Shown: positions 11,414 to 22,444 of the stretch, in pieces | How the letters are laid out: every line of letters starts with the position of its first letter | Position numbering within the stretch: position 1 is the stretch's first letter | From: Diplonema japonicum | Taxonomy: Eukaryota > Protista > Euglenozoa: Diplonemea | DNA length: 64,000 nt | NCBI GenBank assembly: GCA_964019335.1 | Contig: OZ025664.1 | Location: 682,001-746,000 of the forward strand | Direction: 5' to 3' | The notes under the pieces: model-generated | What the model saw: the letters and a program-made list of their open reading frames with translations, nothing else | What the model was told of the DNA's origin: nothing | The model's database searches: none | Program-made: the position numbers and the translations under genes

Positions 11414-12801
11414 ATGGGCTGCTGCAACTCAGCACAAAGCCCTCCCAAGAACAACGATGCGACCCTTCCCAAGCAGAGCAGCGTGAAGCGGATGCCGTCG
11501 CGAGAGCCCGACAAGAGCCCGCTGAATGTCAAGAGAGAGTCGTCGCAGTTGTTCCTCCCGGAGGCAGATAAGGAGGTGCAGAAGACGGAGGAGAATAAAA
11601 GGGAAGAGAAAAAGAGAGATGACAGGAGCGAGGAGTTGTTCTTGGAGGAAAGCATCAGGAGCATAGAGGAGATGGACAATTTTAAGATAGACATAAAGGA
11701 CGAGAGCGACATGGCATGCATGCGACCGCAGGTTGCGCTTTGTTTGCTGCTGCCCTCTTGCCGTGCTGTGCTGTGCGGGTCTTTGATGTGTCAGGAGTCG
11801 TTTAATGAGGTGCTAGATGAGCTCCCTACGAAGCAGGGCACGCTGCTGAGGGACTTCGCTCAAGATTTTGCGAGCAGGCTGTCGATGAGGCAGCGGAAGC
11901 GCTGGGAGGAAGTGATCCTCGGGAAGGCCGATCCAAACTTGTTTCACCAGGAGGGCCCCATGGAGTTCGGGTTCGGGTGCAGGAAGGAAGGGTTGCTGCA
12001 GAACGACGACACCGCGCTGAAGAAGTTCCTCGACAAGGAGCATTCCATCTCACGGTTTCTATACGAAAACCTCTGCATGGAAGCTCCCAAGGACGCACTG
12101 ATACAGGCAAACAATCTGTGGTGCCAGAAGAACGGGTGGATGAAGGGCTCATGCACTGAGGTGCAGGAGAACCGCACCATGTCGAGGCTATTCAAGGTGC
12201 TGGACTACAACCTGGGGAAACAGTACAGGAAGTACGGGGGGTTTTGGGAAGAGCTTCTGTTCTCAAGAGACGACTTCCTGGCAGACTTGGAAGAGGCGAC
12301 CGAGGAAGACGGGACAGTGCTTAATGAACTGGATGCAAAGATACTGATGGTGATCCAGATATGCAAGTCGAGCCTGGCAAGAGTGCCCACAAACTACGAT
12401 GTCGAGGAGGTGCGGCTGGAGTACATCCACATAGTCCAGGTCTCGCGGGACAGTGCACTAGAGTGGGTAGGGCAGCTGGGCAAGAAGGGGCAGCGGTCAA
12501 AGTACGCAGCTGATGTCATCACCATTATTGAGAACTTCATTGAAGCCATCGACTCCCTCTCCTTTGAGCTCCTTGTCGAAAAGTCGAAGTCCAGGCTTTC
12601 CGATGGTCCGAGCATGCTCGAGGTCGCCCCCACAGTCATCCCTTCGTCCCCTTACTCTTCACCAACCCTCGACCCTGGTGGTATGCCTTTATTTTGGGAG
12701 GGGGAAAAAAAAAAGAGGGGGAAAAAAAAAACTCAGACCCGAGCCTTGTTGCTAGCGGTCACAAGGGATTCGAAAGCTACAAACTCCGATCAGTTTACTA
12801 A
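11414..12801 (+). CDS. Hypothetical protein with N-terminal dual-acylation motif (MGCCNS); intron 12681-12736
   Basis: MG-C-C start suggests myristoylation plus palmitoylation. Removing the A/G-rich GTATG..CAG intron replaces the Lys-run tail with GDPSLVASGHKGFESYKLRSVY*. Confidence 0.7.
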
Positions 12802-13235
12802 AAAAAGAAAAAAAAGAAAGAAGAAAAAAAAGAAACGAATGAACAACAGCACCACTGGGAATGCTATTTTCACCTGAACACCCACAACAACAACAACAAC
12901 AAAACTTATTCCTTGACATGGATTTCTTTTTCTTCTTTTTTTTTATATAGGGGCAGCAGGACCAATTGCCTCCTTACATGGTCCAGTAGTTGTATCTCCC
13001 CCCCCCCCCTATTATTTTCTCGAAGATTTTCTTTCTCTGATTTATACTTATTTCCTTCCCTCCTCTTTTTTTCTTCAAACAAGCTGCGCAATACGTATTT
13101 ACTGAGCCCACGCATTAAAGTAAGAAGAATGTTTTTTTTTTTTTTTAAATTCCCGTGACTGTAAACGAGGGGGAAAAAAAAAGAGAGAGAGGGCAAAAAG
13201 GGAAAAGAAAACTGGGAAAGGAGTGTGTTTTCAAG

Positions 13236-13303
13236 GCATGTGTGGTTAAGGACAAGACACCGCGTGTTTTGTGTTTCCCCTTAGCCCCTTATGTGGGAGA
13301 AAG
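13236..13303 (+). ncRNA. Candidate single-hairpin AGA-box (H/ACA-like) RNA
   Basis: Hand fold gcatg/tatgt, ggttaagg/ccttagcc, acaagacac/gtgttttgt, then AGA at 13298-13300. About 68 nt of complex sequence among homopolymers. Confidence 0.25.
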
Positions 13304-13325
13304 AGGGAGAAAAAAAAAGTGGAAC

Positions 13326-13393
13326 TGGCTGTTGTTTGTACGTGCTGGGTTGGTCGTGCGACAACCCCTGTTGTTTAGACAAGTCAAAGACTC
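13326..13393 (+). ncRNA. Candidate single-hairpin AGA-box (H/ACA-like) RNA
   Basis: Hand fold tggc/gtca, ttgtttg/tagacaa, gggtt/aaccc, gtcg/cgac, then AGA at 13388-13390. About 68 nt. Confidence 0.25.
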
Positions 13394-15599
13394 GTTTTTG
13401 CAAAAAAGAAAAAAAGGAAAAAGAAGATTAACGGAGAAATAAAAAAAAAGAAAAACCAAAGACATAATGAAAAAAAGAAAGAAGTAGCGGGCCCACCCGG
13501 TTTTAAGCTATTTCTGGCAAGTTTTTATTTTTTTTTTAAATTGTGTTTTCTTAATTTTCTACAGCTTTGTTCTTCCCCCCCCCCCTCCTTTTTTTCCCCA
13601 TCGCTCCCTCCCTTCTTCCCATTTGCAGTTTTTTTCAGGCGTCCTGTCACATACCGCAGGTACCCTTAAATGTCTCTTTTTTTTTTTTTTTTTTTTTTTT
13701 TATTGCTGTAGCGCGTCCAGTGAGGTTTTAAAAGAAAATCAAAATGGGGGAAAGGAAGAAAGGAAGAAAAAGAAAAACTAAAAAAAAAAGAGGAAGAAAA
13801 AAAAAAAAAAAAAAAAAAAAAGAAAACCCCAAAAAAGAATAGTTCTATGATTTCAGGTGGGAAAAAGATTCTATACTAATCGTGACGAAAAGGTTTTTTT
13901 CATCAAAGCAACTTTTAGCGCGCATTTTTTTTATATTTCTTTTTCTTTTTTTAAATGCCCCCCCCCGGCAGGTTGTGCTTCATTGCATTGCTGCGTAAGA
14001 CGAAAGGAATAAAAAGCCTAAAGGGTAACACGCCAAAGGTGCAGATTTGGCTAGTCATCTGAGCGAATCCCTGGGTTTTAAAAAAGAAGAAAAGCATAGC
14101 ACACACCTCATATCAATACCACCCCTAATGTTATTTATGTTTTTTTTTTTTTGTTTTTTATTTGAGACAAATAAGAACCCGGTATCAGCAACAGGAATCG
14201 CAAGTATCTGCCAGTCATATCTCTTGTCACGGCATTTTGCGGGGTAAAAACACAACACCCGAAACTGAAAGAGGCAACAAAACCGGGTTCTCGGCCTATC
14301 TTTTGACACGTGTGTGCTATGGGGACTTTGTTGTTTACTCCAAGGCTGGTTGGCTGGTTGTGTAGTAGGACCTCCTGCTCCACCCCCCCCCCCCCGAAAA
14401 AACCCCCTCCTTTTTTTTTAAATGTTGGATGGGGAAACAATTTTCCTCCTGTTTTTTTTTTCTTTTTTTTTTATCTTTTATTGATGGGTACTCCATCATT
14501 GTGATTTTTTTTTTTTTGCCATGTCATTTCTCCCTTAATCCTCTATGCCCATCTCTTGCGATGTAGTACGCTACAAAGCATTATCCTTTTGTACACCCGT
14601 TGTATCCAAATAAATAAATAAAGAAAAAAAAAAAAAGAAAAGAGGGAAATGTTTCCTAAATCAGTTTTTACCTTATGTGTTTCAAGGTCGGTAAAGTGCG
14701 AAGAAATAAAAAAAAGAAATAATGAAAATAAGAAGAATGTCAAGGGTTGTGTTCTTATTGTCCCCTCCCCCCACCTCCTTTTCCCCCTTTCCGTGTGATC
14801 AAAAAAAAAAAAAGAAAATAAAAGAAGTTAAGAGTTCATGGATTCCTGAGGCCGACATTTCTTTTTCTTTTCTTTTCTTTTCTTTTCCTTTACCAACTGT
14901 GTCCTGCATCCTGTGGCTCGAGAGACATAAGGGATGGACCCTCTTGGACCCTTAACAGCGCGTGGTCCCCCCCCACTTTTTTTCTTAAAAGATAAAATCG
15001 AGCCTGGCCTCCCCCCGTATGTTTATTTCTTTAGGTGAAACTGCAGCTGCTTAAGAGAGCTTTTACGATTGAGCAGAAAAACATGAACGGGAAAAGTAAG
15101 CTAGATGCGAGACGGACGCATGTCCTGCTGGATGTCCTAGAAAGAAGAAAAAAAAGAATATTTATTTTTTCACTAGCTACTTATGTTTTACAGAAGAAAA
15201 AGAGAAGGGGGGAAAAAAGGGGGAGGGGGAGAGAGCTGTTTGCTTTTTGTTTTTGTTTCATCTCTCACCCAATTTTTTTTTTTTTTTGTAATCTGTAATC
15301 AAGTAGACAGTGCTTGTGCAGGGCGTCAGCAACAACTGGCCTTCTACGTCTTATATAAATATATTTTTTTTTATTGTGGGGCTGTGTTTTGTGGGTTCAT
15401 TTTTTTTTTTTTTTTGGCGGGACAGAGGGAGGGGATCGGTTTTAAAATTGTTTTGTCATAGAGCCCACTTGCCTTGTTTTTTTTTTTTTTTTTTCTTTTT
15501 CTAGTTACTTCTTTCTTCCAGTTCCACTTTGGGATCACAGCATATCAGCATTCTCTATACTCGCACAGGTAGGAAGTTGAGAAAAAAGAAAAAGAAAAT

Positions 15600-15862
15600 A
15601 TGTTCGGTGTCAACACTTGTCTGTTTTTCCTGGGGCCTTTCGCTCCCTTCTACCCCGTTGCCTTCCGTCTGTTCAACCTTAAGGTGACCCGGGCCACAAA
15701 CGCTCATCATGCGACCCTCCTTTTGAGCACTGTCGCCGCCTTCTTCTTGGCACAATCGGTATGAAAAAAAAAAAAAAAAAAAAAAAAGAAAATAAAGAAT
15801 TATCACAGGCGACTGTTCGAGAGAAGTCCGGCATGATCACCAGGAACACCCAGTTCCGTTAA
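15600..15862 (+). CDS. Small 70-aa hydrophobic protein (absent from the ORF track); exons 15600-15758 and 15809-15862
   Basis: GC-rich coding-like island. CACAG acceptor at 15568, A-rich leader and a 50-nt GTATG-polyA-CACAG intron. Product MFGVNTCLFFLGPFAPFYPVAFRLFNLKVTRATNAHHATLLLSTVAAFFLAQSATVREKSGMITRNTQFR. Confidence 0.72.
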
Positions 15863-16421
15863 GAATTTAAAAAAGAAGGGAAAAAAAAAAAAAAAAAAGA
15901 ACATCCACTGTAAAATTTTTTTTGACTTCGAAGGAAAAAAAAAAAAGATAAGGAAAAGAGGGGAAAAACCGTGCCATTTTCTCTTTCCACTCCACCGTCT
16001 CTAGAAGGGGGCGTTCCCATGATTGAAAGTGCACCGCCAGTCATTTTCTTTTTTTTCTTTTGAGTGTTTTTCCCCCCACCCACTTTTTCTTTTATTCATA
16101 TGTCCCACCCAATATTTCTTTTTTTCTTTACTCCCCCCCCCCCCCCCCCCCCCGGGTTTTTTTCTTAATAAGCGAAAGTCATTTTTCATTGGTGATTTAA
16201 ATATTTTTTTTTTCCTTTTTTTTTTTCCGGCTTTTTTCTTTCACCCTTCGACCCCCTGCAGGCCGAGATGTACCACATGGCGGTACCACTACCACGTAAT
16301 AACCCTGTTATGGTTTTCTTTTCCCCACTGCCAGCGGCCTTACCCTTCCCGTTTACCGCCAATGCTTTCCTTGTAGACATTGTAGAAGTGTGAAGGCAGC
16401 CTAAGCCTACAGGTACCAAAG

Positions 16422-18494
16422 ATGCTGTGGTCCAGACGAGTGTTGTTGTTCGGCTGTGTCGTACTGTTTACTTATTTGAACATCTCTCAGCCGGACAAGG
16501 AGAACACGGAGCCCCCTCGCAGTTCGTATCCTCATGCAGTGCTTAGTCTCCTGAAGCACCTGCATGGCGCGCACGGCTCCCCCCGAGGCCTGGACATCAA
16601 CGACAGCAGCGACACAGAGGACGCCATCGACCTCACTCTTGTCCATGAGCCTCATCGCACGGTGGTGGATCTTGATCTCATCCACCACCACGACCACCAC
16701 GAGAGTGCCGGTGGTGCGTCTCACAACAGCAACACTCACAGCAGAGGTGATGCGTCTCACGGCAGCAGCAGTAGTGCAGTTGACACAGATTTCTCCAAAG
16801 CAGACGGTGGCAGCAGTTCTTCTGCAATCGAAGAAGGTGAACCTGCAGGCAGCAGTGCCGGTTCTGCTGCGGAAGGCGATATGAAAACAGCACCAGTCTT
16901 CACGATCCACGGTTCTGAAACACATAACGATAGAGGCAGAGCGGCCCCTGCACCCGACGGTGGCAAGTCAGGCAGCCAAGGGGACAGTTCAGATTCAGAC
17001 AGCCGGAATTCAAGCAGTCAAGGTGATACGTCAGGCAGTCAAGGCGACACTTCTGGTTCAGGTAGTCAAGGTGACACTTCTGGTTCAGGTAGTCAAGGTG
17101 ATGTGTCAGGCAGTCAAGGCGACACTTCTGGTTCAGGTAGTCAAGGTGATACGTCAGGCAGTCAAGGTGATGAGTCAGGCAGCCAAAGTGCAAGTACTGA
17201 CAGCTCTGCAGGCACAGACAAGCTAAACCAGAGTCGCATAGACGATGATGGGGTAGGCAGCAACGAGAATTATGACGAGGGCGGGATGGCAAATGCAACC
17301 CTTGTTCGTGTCCAAGAGTATGATGAAGCACTGGCGGAGCTGTTGGGAAGTCCAAAACCCCTAGTCTCCTATGACCCACGCAAGGTGTGGTACTGGGGTG
17401 GGACTCTGCGGGAGACAATGCTCAAACTGCTTGTTGCGTCTGCACGCAATGCAGGAGAGGGCGAGTGCAGGCTGAATTTACTGGAGGAGGCGTACTGGTC
17501 AAGCAGGAACGGGTCAGATGCAATTGGAAACGAAACCTTCGTTGCGATCACGACCGCCACCAGCCAAGGCCACGCAGACGTCGTGGCTGGGAGCAGCTTC
17601 ACCACGTGTTTAATATCCGTCACACGGAACATCAACGTTGACAAGCTGTACACCCCAGACACCATCAGTGATGATGTGCTTCAGTTTAAGAAGAACCTTT
17701 CAGAGAGCTACCCATTGGCGATTAGACCCTTGGGCACAGTGTGCCCGTCTGAGTTGCAGATGAAGCAAGCACTTGGTGTGCTGTCGAAGGACCTTAGCTG
17801 GAAATCAGATTTTATAAACCTCCTTCTGAAGGCACACCCGCTGATAATGGGCGACTCCATCGCAAACGGTGTAGGTGTGACAAAGGAGCAAAGGTGGCAT
17901 GCCATCTTCAGAGGACAATTGGAAAAGGTCACAGGTGTGAAGGCCAACTGGACGGTCCCTTGCATAGCTGCAAAGAGTGGGTTTTCGCTGAAGAAGCTAC
18001 ACTTTCGTGCAGTTAAAAAGCCGAAGTATTTCATGACCCCTGACCCAGTGGTGCAGATGAAGTTATGCTTAAAGACGCGACCTGAGGTGCTGATATTTGC
18101 CATGGGGACGAACGATTACGTAGAGAACACGAGTCTGAACGAGTTCGTTTCTTACATGGAATGGTTCGTGAAGTGGTCTGTACACAGGACCAAGGGTGGT
18201 ATACGTGCTGTTGTCGTTTTGACGCCATTAATCCCTCCCATTGGAAAGAAGTACTTGTCGCACACGGAGCACAGTTGGCACGGTGAGGTACTTGCCAGAC
18301 TACGTGTTTCAGTGAAGCGCCTGAAGACCCTCCACTCGCTGGAGTACGCACTGCTTGCCGATGTCGACACGGCAGTCAGGTGGTGTGCCGAGCACAATTA
18401 CGTGGACGGCGTGCACCCCAATGGACGGGGCCATCTGTTGATGGCTTTGGAACTTCTGCGAGCCACGCGGGCTGCAGATACATTTACACTTTAA
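16422..18494 (+). CDS. Type II membrane or secreted SGNH/GDSL hydrolase with Ser/Gly-rich repeat stem
   Basis: N-terminal signal anchor and SGNH blocks GDSIANG, GTND and DGVHPN..GH. Confidence 0.85.
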   Translation: MLWSRRVLLFGCVVLFTYLNISQPDKENTEPPRSSYPHAVLSLLKHLHGAHGSPRGLDINDSSDTEDAIDLTLVHEPHRTVVDLDLIHHHDHHESAGGASHNSNTHSRGDASHGSSSSAVDTDFSKADGGSSSSAIEEGEPAGSSAGSAAEGDMKTAPVFTIHGSETHNDRGRAAPAPDGGKSGSQGDSSDSDSRNSSSQGDTSGSQGDTSGSGSQGDTSGSGSQGDVSGSQGDTSGSGSQGDTSGSQGDESGSQSASTDSSAGTDKLNQSRIDDDGVGSNENYDEGGMANATLVRVQEYDEALAELLGSPKPLVSYDPRKVWYWGGTLRETMLKLLVASARNAGEGECRLNLLEEAYWSSRNGSDAIGNETFVAITTATSQGHADVVAGSSFTTCLISVTRNINVDKLYTPDTISDDVLQFKKNLSESYPLAIRPLGTVCPSELQMKQALGVLSKDLSWKSDFINLLLKAHPLIMGDSIANGVGVTKEQRWHAIFRGQLEKVTGVKANWTVPCIAAKSGFSLKKLHFRAVKKPKYFMTPDPVVQMKLCLKTRPEVLIFAMGTNDYVENTSLNEFVSYMEWFVKWSVHRTKGGIRAVVVLTPLIPPIGKKYLSHTEHSWHGEVLARLRVSVKRLKTLHSLEYALLADVDTAVRWCAEHNYVDGVHPNGRGHLLMALELLRATRAADTFTL
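16970..17190 (+). repeat. Coding tandem repeat GSQGDTS(GS), mixed 21-nt and 27-nt units
   Basis: Repeated ggcagtcaaggtgatacgtca and ggtagtcaaggtgacacttctggttca units. Confidence 0.9.
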
Positions 18495-18564
18495 TTAAAT
18501 CAATTTGACTAGAGTATTTAGTAGTCAACCAAAAGCTTCTCTATCACCAAGCTCATACAGATTA

Positions 18565-19956
18565 ATGGGATGGGCATCAGATGTCGGCTTACTGCTGAGG
18601 AATAGAGGGGGCACGAAGGACACTGACGATGAAGCGCTTCAGGCCTTGAAAGGACATCTAGTTGAGTTGGAAGACGTTGTGAGTGAGTGCGTGACTCTGG
18701 ATAATAAGAAGGAGGCGGAGATGTGGCTTGTTGACAGAATAAGCAAGGTGCACATTGAAGGGTCCCTGCAAACCGACATCTTCCACAAGGTGATGCACAG
18801 CGAGGGAGCGCTTGACCCAAACGTTGTGTCGAGTGTGCTGGAGTGCATGTGTGAGCATGGCAAGGAGCTACTGGGGAGAGTGCTGTGCCACAATAGCGAG
18901 TGGGAGAGCGTCTTCGACGACGATGACCATGTGCGGGCCTGGTTCCCTAGCATGGTGTTCGACGGTGGCCACGGTGTGGTGGCTCCACGGGGATCTGCAC
19001 CCCTTCGAGATTTCATCTTTGCTGAACGGTGTGAGTTGTGGGAGCAGGTGGAATGGCGGTCTGGAAGCAGCGGCCACCCCCCTGTATTGACGGTAAACCG
19101 TCCCACGCTGCAGTTGGAGATAGATACGTACAAAACAGCAAAGAGATTACTAAAACAGCTGCTGAGGTCGTCACAATGGGCTGCCTCGCTACCGGCGGGG
19201 GACGTGCTTGACGTGGACAGGGCGGCCTTTGTGAAGTATTTTGCATCTCTGCTCACAAGCAGCAGCAACGACCCTGTGCTGGTGGCCATGGTGCGTGATA
19301 GTATTAAGAGGTTTCTGCGAACAGTGCCTTGGGCCACTCTTGTGGCACACATTGCTGCAACCTGCGGTGAGAGCGTCGTTATGGACATCTGCAAGCTCCT
19401 CCCTAAGGGGTCCTTGCTAGAGTGGGACAGTTACAGAGAGGTGCTGTTGTACAACGCTCTGTCCGAAAAGCTACCTTTGGTGCTGAATATGATACGAAAT
19501 GGGGACACAGAAAAGCTATGCAGTTTGCTGAATATTTACAGCACCCGCGCGGCTTCCAATGACTATGTCGCATTTGCAAGGCTAGGTACCACCCGTGCGC
19601 GCCTGTTGTTGCTATTTCGATCCTGTTTCATAACAGGATATTTACCTGTTCCGGATGTTGCACACGTCCTTCGCCTCGAGGGCTTCAGCGCCACTGCTGT
19701 AGAGCAGGACCCTGCGTACTTCGTGGAGCAGCTGTCGGATGATGAAGACCCCATGGCGTGTTTTTTGGCTGATCGAGAAAAGAGTGCCAAAAAGAAAAAG
19801 AAAAGCAAGCGAAAAACCACTCCCAAAAAGAAAACTTGCAAGCGGCGCAAGGCGCTGCCAACAATCGGCTGGACTATCGAGGGACACAGCGGTATGGTTA
19901 GCTGCCACGACATTGTTTACTTTGTTGCCTCTGTGTTTAAAGAGCGGTGGGGCTAG
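18565..19956 (+). CDS. Hypothetical protein with a basic NLS-like stretch near the C-terminus
   Basis: Long ORF; ATG 18565 follows a catacag acceptor. Confidence 0.7.
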   Translation: MGWASDVGLLLRNRGGTKDTDDEALQALKGHLVELEDVVSECVTLDNKKEAEMWLVDRISKVHIEGSLQTDIFHKVMHSEGALDPNVVSSVLECMCEHGKELLGRVLCHNSEWESVFDDDDHVRAWFPSMVFDGGHGVVAPRGSAPLRDFIFAERCELWEQVEWRSGSSGHPPVLTVNRPTLQLEIDTYKTAKRLLKQLLRSSQWAASLPAGDVLDVDRAAFVKYFASLLTSSSNDPVLVAMVRDSIKRFLRTVPWATLVAHIAATCGESVVMDICKLLPKGSLLEWDSYREVLLYNALSEKLPLVLNMIRNGDTEKLCSLLNIYSTRAASNDYVAFARLGTTRARLLLLFRSCFITGYLPVPDVAHVLRLEGFSATAVEQDPAYFVEQLSDDEDPMACFLADREKSAKKKKKSKRKTTPKKKTCKRRKALPTIGWTIEGHSGMVSCHDIVYFVASVFKERWG

Positions 19957-20035
19957 CCATCGTTCACGGACTACATTGAGTACTTTCATGTTTGTTTCGC
20001 ACATTCTGCATCAATTCAGCAGGTTGGGGTTTTGT

Positions 20036-22444
20036 ATGATGTTAGCTCCATGGTTGTTTCTGCCTGTTATGGCACAGGCGGCGGTTATAAGTGGCCCGAG
20101 CGACGAAATGATGTGTCGGGATGTGGTGTCTGTGTTTGACAGCGATGACAACGGGTTATTGGACATTGATGAGTTCAGTGAGTTCACACAGCAGTTCCCG
20201 TTGAACGAATCTGTCGACGTGACAATATTCTGCAGTGTCTACCGGTGCGCACGGAAGAGCGAGGCCAGTCCAGTAGATCTCTGCAAGTACTATGATGGGG
20301 CGGATATTGCCAATGTGCACAGTAATCTTCGTACGCGAATTGTTTACATGCAAGGCAGCGCGGCCAGTGGTGGTGACGGTAGCTTTGAAAGGCCTATGAG
20401 CCTTTTAGGTGACGCGTTTGCAGCATGCTCCGTCGGGATGCCTTGCAAGATATATTTCATCCCTGACACAAGTCCCATTCAGGGCGTGGCACTTTCCGTG
20501 TCAAGCAGAACCCTGACGATAGCTGCTTCTCCATACAGCAGTTCAAATATTCCCTCCCTTGCCGACACTGGACCTGTTGCCTCTTTTGTCCAGATAGAGC
20601 CTATCCTGGACTGCATGTCGAAAGGCGGTTTGAACTTGACTAGCGGCACATACACCTTCAGAGGCTTTACAATGAAGAACTGCGCTAACCTAGGGTCGGG
20701 TGGCGCTATAACCATCTATGAAGGTAGCCTCAATCTCCACAACATGATCTTAGCCGACAACAGTGCGGACGACAACGGTGGGGCAGTTGCTGCGTCGTCG
20801 TCTCTCCTCACGTTCACTGGGACGACCTTCTCCCGCAACTCCGCGGTGTGGAACGGCGGTGCTCTCTACACTGATAATTGCGGTGTAGAACTCGATGCCG
20901 TTTTCTTATCCAACCAAGCCTTCTTGGGGAACGGGTACTACTGCAAAGGCGGTTCAGGCAAGCACACCGTCACTAAGTTCGTGACCCGTGGGGTTGAGGT
21001 GGCATGTGATTCATGCAGCACCAGCGCCATGTCATGCCCGGATAGTTCCTTGCACCAGATGTGCTCGTCTGATAACGACTGTGATAGCATCAGTGAGTAC
21101 TGTGCTGTGAACCGTCTCTGCAAGGCTTGCAAAGAGTGCACTATCTCAGATGCGCTTGTGGGGAGCTGCCGTCCTTGCAACGGAAGATCTGCATTTACAC
21201 AACCACCACACACTGAGGCACCTAGAACTGGGGCCCCTATCCCCTACATCCATAACCAGACGACTGGCGAGAGCTGTCTCTGCCCTTTTTACGTGGGTGA
21301 CGCAGATTCTAAACTCCCAGTTGTTTGTGTCGGCACCCATTCATGCAGGCAGCCTGAGCCGACGTGTCCCGGTGAAGGTGGCTACTACACGTGCAGCGGG
21401 AACACGAACAGCAAGGTCGGTAGGCTGTGGTACACACGTGTTGATGCCAACGAAGTGCACAGGATGCTGGCTAGTGTCATAAATGCTGAAAAGTTGAGCT
21501 TGGGGTATACTGTCACTCTACAGTGTCCTGCAGAAGTGTGCCAACCGACATGCAGCAGCAACAAAACAGAGCTGTTGACAAAGGGCTGCGTCGAGCCAAG
21601 AAGCAACGCGATGCTCAGGTCCGCAAACGAGAGTGGTTTTCTTGATTTTAGATTCGAGCTGGACCCACTGCTTGGCGTGTATCAGCGTGCAACTACCATG
21701 CTGCAGTTGAGAAGCCAGGTCTCTGTAGAGGTGGCAACAAGGGATCTGAACGAAGTGACGAAGTACGAGATAGTGGATGCACCGAGCACTGTGGACTCCA
21801 ATGATCCGGAGCCACAGAAGGACAGTGCAGAGGACTCGAAAACTATGTTCTATGTGGTTCTAGGTACCGTTTGTGTACTTTTCATATTTGCCGTAGTAAT
21901 GATAGCTCTTGTGAATCTGACGAATTTCGGAAAAAGAGTTCCAAGGAAGCCTGTCATAGAGGAAGAGCGTGAGGTGTACACCAATGTGAACGATTATAAT
22001 GTGCAGCGGGCAAACCCCTTGGTCCTGCTGGACCAGGAAGTGGTTGACAGACGTATGATTAGTGCACCGGCACCTGTTGAAAAGGACAGCTCTAGTGAGC
22101 AGCATGAGGAAGTGCAGGCACCCGTCACCGAGTCAGATGGGACTGATCTTCAGAAGCTCGAGACGGAACCTGAATGTGAGGAGGATGGAGAAACAGCAGA
22201 ACCATCACGTGTTCCAAAAGAGAACCATGACGACAGTGAGGAGGAGCAGACTGCGTCCCCTGAGCCCCGTGGCCCGCCTTCTCTAAGGGGCCACACACAT
22301 ACACCCTCGTCTACCATAGCATCGGTTGACGGCTTCGGTATCTCAGTGATGCCCTCGCTGCCCCCTATGTCTACGTCCGTTGCCTCTGCCTCCCCTCAGA
22401 AGCCTTCGGAGGTCTTCTCCGATGCTGAAGGCACCACACCTTGA
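20036..22444 (+). CDS. Type I surface protein: signal peptide, EF-hand, POMP/pectin-lyase-like beta-helix repeats, Cys-rich stalk, TM helix, acidic tail
   Basis: DSDDNGLLDIDEF EF-hand, GGAI/GGAV/GGAL with FxxN repeats, Cys-rich region, TM segment MFYVVLGTVCVLFIFAVVMIALV. Confidence 0.78.
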   Translation: MMLAPWLFLPVMAQAAVISGPSDEMMCRDVVSVFDSDDNGLLDIDEFSEFTQQFPLNESVDVTIFCSVYRCARKSEASPVDLCKYYDGADIANVHSNLRTRIVYMQGSAASGGDGSFERPMSLLGDAFAACSVGMPCKIYFIPDTSPIQGVALSVSSRTLTIAASPYSSSNIPSLADTGPVASFVQIEPILDCMSKGGLNLTSGTYTFRGFTMKNCANLGSGGAITIYEGSLNLHNMILADNSADDNGGAVAASSSLLTFTGTTFSRNSAVWNGGALYTDNCGVELDAVFLSNQAFLGNGYYCKGGSGKHTVTKFVTRGVEVACDSCSTSAMSCPDSSLHQMCSSDNDCDSISEYCAVNRLCKACKECTISDALVGSCRPCNGRSAFTQPPHTEAPRTGAPIPYIHNQTTGESCLCPFYVGDADSKLPVVCVGTHSCRQPEPTCPGEGGYYTCSGNTNSKVGRLWYTRVDANEVHRMLASVINAEKLSLGYTVTLQCPAEVCQPTCSSNKTELLTKGCVEPRSNAMLRSANESGFLDFRFELDPLLGVYQRATTMLQLRSQVSVEVATRDLNEVTKYEIVDAPSTVDSNDPEPQKDSAEDSKTMFYVVLGTVCVLFIFAVVMIALVNLTNFGKRVPRKPVIEEEREVYTNVNDYNVQRANPLVLLDQEVVDRRMISAPAPVEKDSSSEQHEEVQAPVTESDGTDLQKLETEPECEEDGETAEPSRVPKENHDDSEEEQTASPEPRGPPSLRGHTHTPSSTIASVDGFGISVMPSLPPMSTSVASASPQKPSEVFSDAEGTTP

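Larger units (their letters stand above)
12802..16400. other. Low-complexity homopolymer-rich (A/T/C/G tract) domain with embedded complex islands
   Basis: Dense poly-A/T and poly-C/G runs. Similar domains at ~6080-7570, 24170-25000, 40930-43030 and 51030-52460. Confidence 0.85.

Noticed and set aside
14240-14280. Hammerhead ribozyme core (gaaac / ctgaaaga)
   Set aside because: Order and sequence do not give CUGAnGA-stem II-GAAA with a cleavage triplet.
16970-17190. CRISPR-like repeat array
   Set aside because: No unique spacers; the repeats are in-frame coding units of the SGNH protein.
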